NCBI GenBank assembly: GCA_965223545.1
Contig: OZ245006.1
Coordinates: 4,864,001-4,928,000, forward strand
Origin: Planctomycetota bacterium
GTDB taxonomy: Bacteria > Planctomycetota > UBA1135 > UBA2386
Length of the DNA stretch: 64,000 nt
Reading direction: 5' to 3'
In this document: positions 9,668-19,412 of the stretch, piece by piece
How positions within the stretch are numbered: position 1 is the first letter of the stretch
Layout: the number at the start of each line of letters is the position of its first letter
Position numbers and translations under genes: made by a program
Notes under the pieces: model-generated
Told to the model about the DNA's origin: nothing
The model's database searches: none
What the model saw: the letters and a program-made list of their open reading frames with translations, nothing else

Positions 9668-9813
9668 GTGACCGGCATCCCGAGGGCCCCGCGGGACGGC
9701 GACCTGCCGCTGTCGTTCGCGCAGAGCCGGCTGTGGCTGCTGGACCAGCTCGGCGAGGACAGCCGGGTCAACAACATCGCATCAACCTGATGCTGCGCGG
9801 CGCGCTCGACGTA
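9668..9813 (+). pseudogene. NRPS condensation-domain N-terminal fragment
   Basis: IPRAPRDGDLPLSFAQSRLWLLDQL...NI/LRGALDV matches the C1 motif (SxAQxRLWxL) of condensation domains; frameshifted and only about 48 codons. Confidence 0.75.
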
Positions 9814-9823
9814 GCAGTTCCAA

Positions 9824-10018
9824 GTGTTGCACGCGATTGCCTGTGCGCAGGCGTTGGCTGAGGACGCCGACGCCGCTCTGGTCTCGCTGGAGGAAGCGCT
9901 GCGCTATGCGCAGGCCGAGAGCGTCGAGGTACCGGTCGAGGTCCTTACAGAAGATCCCGATTTGCGTAGCCTCTCCGGCCTGCGCGAGTTCCGGCGCCTG
10001 ATCGAGCAGTACCTCTGA
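9824..10018 (+). pseudogene. C-terminal TPR-cap domain fragment
   Basis: AIACAQAL...AALVSLEEAL...DPDLRSL...FRRL resembles the 'YNLAC...DPDL..LR..P.F' TPR-end domain; no upstream gene body. Confidence 0.55.
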
Positions 10019-10024
10019 CCGCCC

Positions 10025-11332
10025 TCAGACGAACGGCTCGTATTCCCCCGGCACCGGCGCCGGGTACCGCCCAAATGCGCCGGGCATCACCGGCGGCTCG
10101 GACTCGAAGGTGAAGTCGTCGATGCCGGGTGCGTAGTCGCGGCCCTTGGCGAGCAGCTCGTCGGCGCGGATCACCTTGCCCGAGTAGCAGGCCTCTCGGC
10201 CGAGGATCGAGGTGAACGTGCTGCGTGCGCCGTAGTCGCACTCGTTGTAGATCTCGCCGCGCATCAGGGCCTCGATCAGGTCGTGCTGCTCCTGCTGGTG
10301 GCCGCCGCCCTTGCCGCGCATCTTGACCGGCTCACGGCCGAACACCTCGATCGAGTGGCCGACGTTGGCGGTGCCCTTGCTGCCGTGCGCGAACTCGGCG
10401 ACCTGGTTGAACGCGCGGCCGAGGTGGCGGCCCTGGCTGTACATCTTGGTGCCGTCTTCGAAGGTGAACTCGACGAAGGTGTGGTCGAAGATCTGCGACT
10501 TGGTGCGGTCGCCGTCCATGCGGCGCTCGCCGCCGCCCATGCCGTTGGCTTCGATCGGGTACATGCCCTTGACCCAGCAGCCGACGTCGATGTTGTGGAT
10601 GTGCTGCTCGCAGATCTGGTCCCCCGATGCCCAGATGAAGTGGTACCAGTTGTTGACCTGATACTCCATCTCGGTCTGGTCGGCGGTGCGCGGGCGGTGC
10701 CAGATGCCGCCGCCGTTCCAATAGACGCGCAGCAGGTTGATGTCGCCGATGACGCCGTCCTGCAGCTGCTTGACGCACTCGATGTACTTCTCCTCGTGCC
10801 GCCGTTGCAGGCCGATGCCGACCATCAGTGCCTTCTTCTTCGCCATTTCGTTGGCGGTGAGCACGCGGCGCACGCCGGCGACGTCGGCGGCGACCGGCTT
10901 CTCCATGAACACGTGCCGGCCCTTGGCGACGGCGTACTCGTACTGCTGCGGCTTGAAACCGGGTGGGGTGGCGATCACCACCAGGTCGACGTCCTGATCG
11001 ATCGCCGCCTTGTAGCCGTCGAGGCCGCCGAAGATGCGTTCCGCGGGCACGTCGACCTTTTCGCCGTGCTGCTCGCGGAGGGCGCGGAGGCGGCCCTCGG
11101 TCTGGGCGGGGAATGCATCGGCGACGGCGACCATGCGGGTGTTGCCCTTCGTGCTCATGATCTGGGCAGCGGCGCCGGAGCCCCGGCCGCCGCAGCCGAC
11201 CACCGCGAAGCGGATCTCGTCGTTGCCGCGGTGCACGCCGAGGCCGCCGGCCAGCAATGGCGTGGTGAGGCCGGCGCCGGTGGCGAAGGTGCTGGACTGG
11301 CGGAGGAACGTGCGGCGGGTGGTGTCGGACAT
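10025..11332 (-). CDS. Tat-exported Gfo/Idh/MocA-family oxidoreductase
   Basis: RRTFL Tat motif, VGCGGRGSGA, IATPPGF, FMEKPVA, EQHIHNID. Confidence 0.93.
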   Translation of the reverse strand: MSDTTRRTFLRQSSTFATGAGLTTPLLAGGLGVHRGNDEIRFAVVGCGGRGSGAAAQIMSTKGNTRMVAVADAFPAQTEGRLRALREQHGEKVDVPAERIFGGLDGYKAAIDQDVDLVVIATPPGFKPQQYEYAVAKGRHVFMEKPVAADVAGVRRVLTANEMAKKKALMVGIGLQRRHEEKYIECVKQLQDGVIGDINLLRVYWNGGGIWHRPRTADQTEMEYQVNNWYHFIWASGDQICEQHIHNIDVGCWVKGMYPIEANGMGGGERRMDGDRTKSQIFDHTFVEFTFEDGTKMYSQGRHLGRAFNQVAEFAHGSKGTANVGHSIEVFGREPVKMRGKGGGHQQEQHDLIEALMRGEIYNECDYGARSTFTSILGREACYSGKVIRADELLAKGRDYAPGIDDFTFESEPPVMPGAFGRYPAPVPGEYEPFV

Positions 11333-11421
11333 GGCGAGCAGAGGATCGTTGTGAGAGGCGGACTTGGCGACACGCTACCCGCGGCGCGGCCCGCCCGTCG
11401 CGCAACCGGCCGCAAAAACGC

Positions 11422-14400
11422 TCAGTCCGGCAACACGACCCGCTCGCCGTCGAGCCGGGCGCGACCCTCGGCGACCAGTAGGTCGATCGCCGTCGACACG
11501 CTCTCTTCGATCTGGCGGCCGACCCGTTTGGCGCCGAAGCGGCGGGCGGTGTCGCGCACCAGATCTTCGCGGCCAAGGCTGATGCCGAGCGCGAGCACTT
11601 CGGCGGCGGCGTGCGCGATCTCGGCCGGGTGGATGTCATCGATGTCGCGTTCGCCGCGACCCTCGTCGCCCGGGACGCGGTAGCCGGCGATGCGGCGGTG
11701 GCTGCCCGCGCTCCACAGGAACGCGCGGCCGTCGGCCAGCAGCTCCTTGTCGGCGCCGGCGCCGTCGACCAGCGCCTGCAGCCGCGCGCGCGCCTTCGCG
11801 GTCACTCGCTGCACGTCAAACGCGCCGGCGAGGCGCCGCAGCACGACTTCGAGGGCGACCGGCGACTCGCTGGCGACCAGTGTGGCCACCGCTTCGCGCG
11901 CGGCCGCCTCGTGCGTCTCGTCGTACAGCCCTTCGTCGTCGGCGATCGCCGGCAGCTCGACCTCGTCGTAGAGCGCCGGCGTGGCGCGCGCCGGAGCGCT
12001 GCCCTCGTCGATGGCTGGCGGTGGGGCCTCGGGCTCGGCCTCCTTTGGCTGCGGCGCGGGCGCGTCCGGCTGCTGCGCGGGCTCCGCCGCCGCCCGACGC
12101 GCCAGCGCGTCCTCGACCGCCCCGAGCAGGCGGCGCACCTCGGCGTCGCGATCGAACAACCAGTCGGTGGACCAGATGCGGTGCAGACTCCATCCCAGCG
12201 ACTCGAGCACGGATTGGCGGATGCGGTCGCGGTCGCGGGCCGAGGCGGTCGAGTGATAGGTCGCGCCGTCGCACTCGATGCCGAGCACGTAGTGGCCCGG
12301 CGCGTCGGGCGCGGTCACCGCCAGGTCGATGCGGTAGCCGGAGCAGCCGACTTGGTTGTGCACCGTGTGGCCGTGCTCTTCGAGCACCTCGTGCACGTCG
12401 CGTTCGAACGGCGAGTCCCAGTCGGCACCCGCGTGCGCGGCGCTGGACGTGCCGAGCGCCTCGGGACCGAGCCGCGCGTACTCGAGGAAGGCCTTGAGAT
12501 GGCGCACGCCGACCGCGGTGCTGCTGACCCGCGTCAGGTCGATCTGCTCGGGCTGCAGCGTGGAGAACACCAGCACCTGTTGCTTGGCGCGGGTGATGGC
12601 GACGTTGAGTCGCCGCTCGCCGCCCGGCTGGTTGAGCGGGCCGAAGTTCATGTAGACCCGGCCGCGCGCGTCGGGGCCGTAGCAGACCGAGAACAGGATC
12701 ACGTCGCGCTCGTCGCCCTGCACGTTCTCCAGGTTCTTGACGAACAGCGGCTCGTCGACTTCCTGTGCCAGGTGCGTGTCCAGCGCGGCATCCTCGCCGC
12801 GCGCCTCGTCGAGCAGGTCTTCGATCAGGGTCTGCTGCGGCCGGCTGAAGGTCACCACGCCGATCGAGCGTTGGTCGCCGGCGGCGATGCGGCTGCGGAT
12901 CTCGGTGAGGACGGCCTCGGCCTCGGCCCGGTTGGTGCGCGTCTTCGAGCGATCGTACACGCCGTCGATCGGGCGCCAGCGCACGCCCATCCGCGCGTCG
13001 CGGTCGGCGGGCGAGGGGAAGGTGAACAGCCGGTTGCCGTAGTAGTGGTAGTTGCTGAAGGCGATCAGGCTCTCGTGCCGGCTGCGGTAGTGCCAGCGCA
13101 GGTCGCGCGTCGGCAGCTGCGCCGCGATGCACTCGTCGAGGATGCTCTCGAGCTCCTCGACCATCTCCTCGTCGATCTCGACGTCCTCGTCCTGTTCGGC
13201 GCGGTGGAAGAAAGTGGTCGGCGGCAGCTGTTTGGAGTCGCCGACGACCACCAGGCGGGCGCCGCGTCCGATCGCGCCGATCGCGTCCCACACCGGAATC
13301 TGCGAGGCCTCGTCGAAGACGACCAGGTCGAACGGTGGAATGTCGGACGACAGGTACTGGGCGACCGACAGCGGGCTCATCAAGAAGCACGGCTTCAGCC
13401 GCGGCAGCAGGTGTGGCAGGCTGCGCAGCAGCACGCGGATCGGCCAGTGGCCGCGCTGCTTCTTGAGCTGGCGCTGGAGCACGCCGACCTCCGAGCCCGC
13501 GCTGGCGGTGCCGCCCGCGGTGCGCGGCATCCGCGCGGCGAGCCGAGCGCTTACCATCTGCTGCGCCAGCGTCGTCAGCGCGGCGTCGAGGTCGCGGAAC
13601 TGCTCGATCGCGTGCGCGTGCAAGTGGCCCTGGAACCGCCGCAGCTCCGGCTCGGCGTCGAGCAGCGCGCCGACCCACCAGTCCCAAAAGCTCGCGGCGT
13701 AGCGAGCGGCGACGTCGGCGGGCGCGCAACTGCCTGTCGCCAGTGCGTCCACCAACGGTTGCAGGTCGAGGGCGGCGGCGGCGTCGCGGGCGCGCACGTA
13801 AGCGGTCCAGGGGCGCAGGGCGCCGCGCTGCTCGAGCCAGCGGCCGGCAATGGCCGCGGCCCGGCCGGCGTAGCCGGTTTGCTCCGGCGCGCCGAACGCC
13901 GCGTCGTCCAGCGCCAGCAGGGTCGTGGCCTCGCTGCGGCATTCGTCGAAGGCCTCGAGGGTCGTGCGGCAGGTGCGCGTCGCGCGCTGCAGGTCGGGCA
14001 GCGCCGCCTGGCGGTCGGCACCGGCGACCGCCAGCCGCAGGCTAGTCGCCGGTGGCACACCGGTGTTCTGTTGCAGGATGGCGGCGGCCGCGGCGGTCCG
14101 CTGTGCCCATGCCAGCTCGGTGCTGAACGCGGGCCAATCGGGCGTCGCCTCGGCCGCGCGCTCGCCGAACGCGCGTTGCAGCATCGAGTGCGCTGCCTCG
14201 CACGCGCGCTCGTCGTCGCGCCAGGTGCGCGCCTGCTGCAGCTGCTGCGCGAGTTCGCCGCGGTGGGGAAGCTGTGGCGCGCGCAGGACGCCGCGCAGCG
14301 CCTTGACCACCGGTCGCCGGCGCCACCACGACAACGGAAACCAAGCGCTGTCGGCGCGCGCCAACCGCGCGGCCAGCGCCTCGAGATCGAGATCGAGCAG

Positions 14401-17223
14401 GCCGCGGTCGTAGATCGCGCCGAGTGCCGTGCGGGCGGCGTCCCGCCGCCCGCCGGCCTCGATCGCGCGCCCGAGTGCCGCGGCGAGGTCCGCCCGTGCC
14501 GCGTCCTCGAGCAGCGCGGCCTGCCCGGCCTGTCCGCCGGCGATCTCTTCGGCGAGGGCGAGCGCGGCCTCGAGGCCGGCGCGGCTCGGCGGTTCGGCGG
14601 ACGCGCCGAGGTTCTCGAGCAACCGGTCGCCGTCCTGCTCGAGGGCCCTGGCGCGCTCGGTCAAGCGTGCCGCGGTGTCTTCGAGCCGGCGTTCGAGTCC
14701 CCGGTCCCAGTCGTCGAGCCCGCAGTGCTCGAAGGCGTGGCCGGGCACCGCGCCGATGCCGCGCGCCGCCAGCTCGAGCTGCTCCGCGGCGGCATCCAGC
14801 TGCGCGCGGCGGGTCGCGTCGACGGCGTCCTCGGTGCCGAGCTCCAGCCGCACGGTGGCGGCGCCGCGGTGGCCGATCGCCGCCGAGAGGCCGGCGAAGG
14901 CCGAGACCCCGGCGGGCCGCCGCGCGCGCAGAGTCTCGCAGTAGGCGTTGAGCGTCTGTCGCGCCGCCAACAACCGGTCCGCCTGCGACTGCCACTCCTC
15001 GGGCTCGCGCAGACCGCCGATCTCGAGCGCCTCTTCGAGCTGCGCCAGCACCTGCTTCTTCTTGGCGCGGTTGGAGTGCAGCTCGAGACAGAACGGTCCG
15101 AGGCCGACGCGTTCGAGCCGCCGGCGCACGACGTGCAGGGCTGCCATCTTCTCGGACACGAACAGCACGCGTTGGCCTTCGGCGAGACAGTGCGCGATCA
15201 GGTTGGTGATGGTCTGCGACTTGCCGGTGCCGGGCGGCCCCTGCAGCACGAAGCTGCGGCCCTCGGCCGCGGCGAAGACCGCGGCGAGCTGCGACGAATC
15301 GGTGTTGAGCGGACAGTAGGTCTCTGCCGGCGAGCGGGCGTCCAGCGTGTCCGGTTCGGGAAACACCGCGTCGGGTTCGAACGGTTCCGCCGGTCGCTCG
15401 ACCAAGTGGCGCATCACCCGGCTGCGGCTCAACAGCTCGCGGTGCTCCTGCAGGTCGCGCCACATCAAGAACTTGGTGAACGAGAACAGGCCGATCGCCG
15501 CGGTCTCCTCGACGTCCCAGCGGTCGAACGGCAGCACTGCCTGGCGCACGCGGCGCACGATGTCCTCGACGTCGATCCCGGTGTCGTCCTCCGCGGGAGT
15601 CTCGAGGCCGCCGACGTCGAGGCCGAAGTCGTTGCGCAGCTTCTCCAGCAGGGTGATGTTGACACGCGGCTCCTCACCGGACAGCCGCACCGAGAAGCCC
15701 GAGCGTCGCGAGGGCCGCAGCAGATCGAGGGGCAGCAGCAGCAGCGGCGCGCGCCGGGGTTGCTGGCTCGCCGGGGCTTCGTACCAGGTCAGAAAACCGA
15801 GTGCGAGGTAGAGCAGGTTGGCGCCGCCCTCCTCGAAGCTGCTGCGCGCCTCGCGCTGCAGCTTGATCAGCCGCGGCTCGACCGCGTCTTCGGCGAGATC
15901 GGTGTGCAGCACGCCCTGCTCGAGGGCATCGTCGAGCGCCTGCTGCAGCGCGTCCGTGTGGGTGGTGGCCAGCGCCGGCCGCCCCGCCAGCCGGAACACC
16001 CGATCCTGAGCCAGCGCGTCTTCCAGCGCGGCGAGGTGCTGGCAGAGCAGCGGCACGGTGCGCAGGGTCTCGCGGTGGTTGAGCAGGCGATTGCGCAGCG
16101 AGAGGTCGAGCAGGCGGTGTTGCCACAGGTCGAGGCGCGACGCCGGTGTGGCCTGGGCTGCCGGAGCGCTGGCGGGCTCTGCCGAGGCCGCGTTCGCGGC
16201 GAGCGCCGGCTGGGTGGTAGCGGTACCAGCGACGGAGGGCTGCTCGGGGTACTCCTCCTCGTCGAACGCCGCCGCCGGCAGTGGGGCGATGTCGAGGGCG
16301 CGCGCGCGGCGCAAGTCGAGGGTGAACTCGTGCGCGTCGAGATCCCGCGCCGCGCGCCGGCCGGCGGTGACGGCCGCGTCGAAGTCGGCGCCCGCATCGG
16401 CGAACAGCGCCTGCGGGGTCCACACCTCGATCAGATCCAGGTCGAGCCGCTTCTTCAGCACCAGGCCTTCGGGCACGACGGCGGCGCGGAAGGTCTCCGC
16501 GCTCAGCCAAGAGCCGAGCAGGATGCCGTTGCGTTGCACCACGAGCAGCGGGTGCAGGCCGGCGCGCTCGAGCAGCGCGGCGCACAAGGTGGCCAGCTCC
16601 GCCGTGCTGGCGTTGCCGGCCGCCAGGATTTGCCCCGCGCTGCGCAGGGCCTGTGGCTGCAGCGGATCGGGATCGTCGGCGGCGCGGAGCACCTTGGCCG
16701 CGGCCAGCGCATCGAGGAGCGTGCGCGCGCGCGCACGGCTGTGCTCCGGGTCGCCCTGCACGTAGGCGGGCGCGTCGAGCTCGACGTCGGCGAGAAGGGT
16801 GTCGAGGGCCGGGTGTGACGGCTGGCAGAACGCCGCCAGCAGCTCCGGCTGCGCGGCGCCGCCGCACCACTCGGTGGCCGGCAGGACAGTGAACTCTCGC
16901 CGCGTGTCGGCGACGACGCGTTCGCCCCGCTGCAGCGCCGCCGACAGGATCGCGGGCACCGGTTCGCGGATCGTGGTGAGGCGCGCGGCGTCGAGGGGCA
17001 GCGGTGGTGGTTCGCTCTGCAACGCCGACGCCGGCAGGCGCAGGGGCTCGCCGAGCGCGGGCTCGACGCGCAGCTCCAGGCTGCATTCGTCGAGCGGCGG
17101 CAAACCGGCGCGGTGGATGCGCAGCGTTTGGATCAGCGGCGTGCCGCAGTGGAGGTGGGCGAGCCCGGCGCGATCGGAGATCGCGAGCTCGAGCGGAGCC
17201 GTGGGCGTCGGGGCCGATGGCAT
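11422..17223 (-). CDS. DUF4011 - SF1 helicase - Vsr/REase-like - DUF3320 protein (Hhe-like)
   Basis: Start MPSAPTP at 17223. W..RLLDLSLRNRLLN (DUF4011), QGPPGTGKSQTI, FDEASQ, GDSKQLPPT, WHYRS, ENVQGDERD, RRLNVAITRA, SPFE...QVGCSGYRIDL...IECDGATYH...IWSTDW. Confidence 0.92.
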   Translation of the reverse strand: MPSAPTPTAPLELAISDRAGLAHLHCGTPLIQTLRIHRAGLPPLDECSLELRVEPALGEPLRLPASALQSEPPPLPLDAARLTTIREPVPAILSAALQRGERVVADTRREFTVLPATEWCGGAAQPELLAAFCQPSHPALDTLLADVELDAPAYVQGDPEHSRARARTLLDALAAAKVLRAADDPDPLQPQALRSAGQILAAGNASTAELATLCAALLERAGLHPLLVVQRNGILLGSWLSAETFRAAVVPEGLVLKKRLDLDLIEVWTPQALFADAGADFDAAVTAGRRAARDLDAHEFTLDLRRARALDIAPLPAAAFDEEEYPEQPSVAGTATTQPALAANAASAEPASAPAAQATPASRLDLWQHRLLDLSLRNRLLNHRETLRTVPLLCQHLAALEDALAQDRVFRLAGRPALATTHTDALQQALDDALEQGVLHTDLAEDAVEPRLIKLQREARSSFEEGGANLLYLALGFLTWYEAPASQQPRRAPLLLLPLDLLRPSRRSGFSVRLSGEEPRVNITLLEKLRNDFGLDVGGLETPAEDDTGIDVEDIVRRVRQAVLPFDRWDVEETAAIGLFSFTKFLMWRDLQEHRELLSRSRVMRHLVERPAEPFEPDAVFPEPDTLDARSPAETYCPLNTDSSQLAAVFAAAEGRSFVLQGPPGTGKSQTITNLIAHCLAEGQRVLFVSEKMAALHVVRRRLERVGLGPFCLELHSNRAKKKQVLAQLEEALEIGGLREPEEWQSQADRLLAARQTLNAYCETLRARRPAGVSAFAGLSAAIGHRGAATVRLELGTEDAVDATRRAQLDAAAEQLELAARGIGAVPGHAFEHCGLDDWDRGLERRLEDTAARLTERARALEQDGDRLLENLGASAEPPSRAGLEAALALAEEIAGGQAGQAALLEDAARADLAAALGRAIEAGGRRDAARTALGAIYDRGLLDLDLEALAARLARADSAWFPLSWWRRRPVVKALRGVLRAPQLPHRGELAQQLQQARTWRDDERACEAAHSMLQRAFGERAAEATPDWPAFSTELAWAQRTAAAAAILQQNTGVPPATSLRLAVAGADRQAALPDLQRATRTCRTTLEAFDECRSEATTLLALDDAAFGAPEQTGYAGRAAAIAGRWLEQRGALRPWTAYVRARDAAAALDLQPLVDALATGSCAPADVAARYAASFWDWWVGALLDAEPELRRFQGHLHAHAIEQFRDLDAALTTLAQQMVSARLAARMPRTAGGTASAGSEVGVLQRQLKKQRGHWPIRVLLRSLPHLLPRLKPCFLMSPLSVAQYLSSDIPPFDLVVFDEASQIPVWDAIGAIGRGARLVVVGDSKQLPPTTFFHRAEQDEDVEIDEEMVEELESILDECIAAQLPTRDLRWHYRSRHESLIAFSNYHYYGNRLFTFPSPADRDARMGVRWRPIDGVYDRSKTRTNRAEAEAVLTEIRSRIAAGDQRSIGVVTFSRPQQTLIEDLLDEARGEDAALDTHLAQEVDEPLFVKNLENVQGDERDVILFSVCYGPDARGRVYMNFGPLNQPGGERRLNVAITRAKQQVLVFSTLQPEQIDLTRVSSTAVGVRHLKAFLEYARLGPEALGTSSAAHAGADWDSPFERDVHEVLEEHGHTVHNQVGCSGYRIDLAVTAPDAPGHYVLGIECDGATYHSTASARDRDRIRQSVLESLGWSLHRIWSTDWLFDRDAEVRRLLGAVEDALARRAAAEPAQQPDAPAPQPKEAEPEAPPPAIDEGSAPARATPALYDEVELPAIADDEGLYDETHEAAAREAVATLVASESPVALEVVLRRLAGAFDVQRVTAKARARLQALVDGAGADKELLADGRAFLWSAGSHRRIAGYRVPGDEGRGERDIDDIHPAEIAHAAAEVLALGISLGREDLVRDTARRFGAKRVGRQIEESVSTAIDLLVAEGRARLDGERVVLPD

Positions 17224-17313
17224 GGCGACTGCACACGATTCCGCCGGCGGCGGTCGCGCGCAACGCGGAATTGGTCGAGCGCCCGGCGGGGGTTCGTGCG
17301 ATCGTTCTCGGCG

Positions 17314-18579
17314 ATGGTCACGCCGGCGAGATTGAACACAACGAGTGGTGTGCTGCTGCTGGCGGTCGCGCTGTCGTGCGCGCCCGCCGGGCCCGATGGA
17401 TCTGCCGGGTCCGACGCGCCGACCAAGGTGGTGCCCGAGCCGGCCCCGCAGCAGGCGGTGGGGCCGCCCCAGGCCGATCCGTGGAACACCGGCGAATGGC
17501 AAACCACCGCCTCGGGCCTGCAGTACCGCGTGCTGGAGCCCGGTGAGGGAGCGCCACCGGGGCCGGCCGACCAGGTCACGCTGCACTACACCAAGCAGGT
17601 CGCCGGCGGCGCGGTCGTGGCGACGGCCACGCCGGATGCGCCCGCGTCGGTGGTGGTCGGTGGGCTGCCGACGGCGGGCTGGAACGAGGCCGTCGCGCTC
17701 ATGCGGCCCGGTGCGCACCACCTGATCAAGATCCCGCCACACATCGGCTACGGCGAGATGGGCATGGACCCGGTGCCGCCCGACGCCACGCTGCACGTCG
17801 ACTGTCGCATGCTGTCGGTGCGTCGCATTCCGGAGTTTCGTCGGCTGCGTCCCGATCGGCAGCGGCACGCGCACCTCGGGCTGGTCTTCGACGTGCTGCG
17901 CGAAGGCTCCGGCACGGCGCCGGGGGACGACGAGACCGTGCGCTACCACTGCACGGTGTGGAACCACGCCGGCGATCTGGTCGAGAGCACGCTGTACGGC
18001 GCGGCGACCGAAGCGCGCCTCGCCGACTTGCCGCTGCCGGTGCACCGCGAGGCGTTGCGGCTGATGCGCCCGGGTTCGACGGTCTTGTTCCGCGCACCGG
18101 ACGAGATCACCTATCCGCGCGATCCGCGCTCTCGCCCGTCAACGATGCCCGTCGGCCGTCCCAGCTATTGGCGGTTGCGTCTGCTGGGCATCGTTCGCCC
18201 GCAGGCCGTGCCCGCGTTCGCCGGGGCCGATCCATCGGCGATGCAGAAGACCGACACTGGTCTTCGTTACGAAGTGCTGCAGGAAGGCGGCGGTGCGCCG
18301 CCGTCGCCGAGCGATCGCGTCGCCGTCCACTACGCCGGCTGGTTGGCGGACGGTTCCCTGTTCGACAGCTCGTACCCGCGGGGTGCGCCGGCGGAGTTCG
18401 ACGTCGACGGAGTGATCGCCGGCTGGCGCGAGGCGCTGCTGCGGATGGCGCCCGGCGCCGTGTACCGCCTGTGGATTCCGCCCGAGCTGGCGTACGCCGA
18501 AACCGGTGTGCCGGGCATGGTGCCGCCGGATGCGGTCTTGCTGTTCCACGTGCACCTGGTGCGCGTGCTGCGGCAGTAG
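17314..18579 (+). CDS. Lipoprotein with three tandem FKBP-type PPIase domains
   Basis: LLAVALSC lipobox-like signal; three 'GL.Y.VL..G.G..P...D.V..HY/C' repeats; the last has VHYAGWLADGSLFDSS...VIAGW...IPPELAY. Confidence 0.88.
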   Translation: MVTPARLNTTSGVLLLAVALSCAPAGPDGSAGSDAPTKVVPEPAPQQAVGPPQADPWNTGEWQTTASGLQYRVLEPGEGAPPGPADQVTLHYTKQVAGGAVVATATPDAPASVVVGGLPTAGWNEAVALMRPGAHHLIKIPPHIGYGEMGMDPVPPDATLHVDCRMLSVRRIPEFRRLRPDRQRHAHLGLVFDVLREGSGTAPGDDETVRYHCTVWNHAGDLVESTLYGAATEARLADLPLPVHREALRLMRPGSTVLFRAPDEITYPRDPRSRPSTMPVGRPSYWRLRLLGIVRPQAVPAFAGADPSAMQKTDTGLRYEVLQEGGGAPPSPSDRVAVHYAGWLADGSLFDSSYPRGAPAEFDVDGVIAGWREALLRMAPGAVYRLWIPPELAYAETGVPGMVPPDAVLLFHVHLVRVLRQ

Positions 18580-18596
18580 GGTGGGCGACGCGGCCG

Positions 18597-19349
18597 CTAC
18601 TCGCGCTCCGCGCCGAACTCCCGCCGCGCCCGCGCCAGGCTGTCGGCGTCGCCGATGTCGAACAGCCGGCCGCTGGCCGGCACCGCGCGGACGCGGCGGC
18701 GTCCGACCAGCCAGCTCAGAAAGTGGCCCGGGGCGTCCGGGTTGTTGTCGGTGGCGAGGTAGCGCGCGAGGTCGCCGGCGATATCGGCGGGGAATCGGTA
18801 CAGGCTGGTCGCCGCCAAGTCGGAGCGGGGGTCCATGGGCTTCTCGCGAAACGACGTGACCACGCCGGCGGCGTCGGCGCACACCTCGCCGTGCCGGCCG
18901 GGCGGCACCCCCTCGGGCATCCGGCGGCACAGGACGACCGGATCGCCGTGTGCCGTGAATGCGTCGTTGAGCGCGGTGAGCTCGAAGTCCAGGAGGTTGT
19001 CGCCGGACATCACCAGCAGGTCCTCGCCGCGCGCCTCCGGCGGCACCGCGTCGATGCCGAGGCGCAGGTCGGCGAGGGCGCCGCGGCGGTTGTCGTTGTC
19101 GGTGGCACCGTCGTCGACGATCGTGATCGGCACCGGGCAGGGGTAGCTCGCCGCCCACTGCTCGAACTGCGCGGCGAAGCGCGCGTTGCTGACGACCACG
19201 ACGCCGCGCAGATCGGGCAGGGCCACCGCGCGGTCGAGCACGTGCGACAGCACCGCGCGGCCACCCACCTCGAGCAGCGGCTTGGCGCGGTCGCGCGTCA
19301 GTGGATAGAGCCGCGTGGCGAAGCCGGCGGCGAGGACGATGGCTCGCAC
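18597..19349 (-). CDS. Sugar-1-phosphate nucleotidyltransferase
   Basis: VRAIVLAAGFATRLYPLT...KPLL, GDNL, FREKP, DAPGHF, FDIG. Confidence 0.9.
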   Translation of the reverse strand: MRAIVLAAGFATRLYPLTRDRAKPLLEVGGRAVLSHVLDRAVALPDLRGVVVVSNARFAAQFEQWAASYPCPVPITIVDDGATDNDNRRGALADLRLGIDAVPPEARGEDLLVMSGDNLLDFELTALNDAFTAHGDPVVLCRRMPEGVPPGRHGEVCADAAGVVTSFREKPMDPRSDLAATSLYRFPADIAGDLARYLATDNNPDAPGHFLSWLVGRRRVRAVPASGRLFDIGDADSLARARREFGAERE

Positions 19350-19412
19350 GCCGCGGATCGTAGTCGCGCGCCGTGCCGCGCCCAAGGCGCGGGCACGCCG
19401 GTAGGCCGCGCT

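Noticed and set aside
9668..9813. NRPS biosynthetic cluster
   Set aside because: Only a roughly 48-codon frameshifted condensation-domain fragment; no A, T or TE domains in the window.
11611..16818. 1735-aa ORF on the plus strand, and many similar long antisense or alternate-frame ORFs across the window
   Set aside because: Shadow ORFs of real genes in high-GC DNA; no recognisable motifs.
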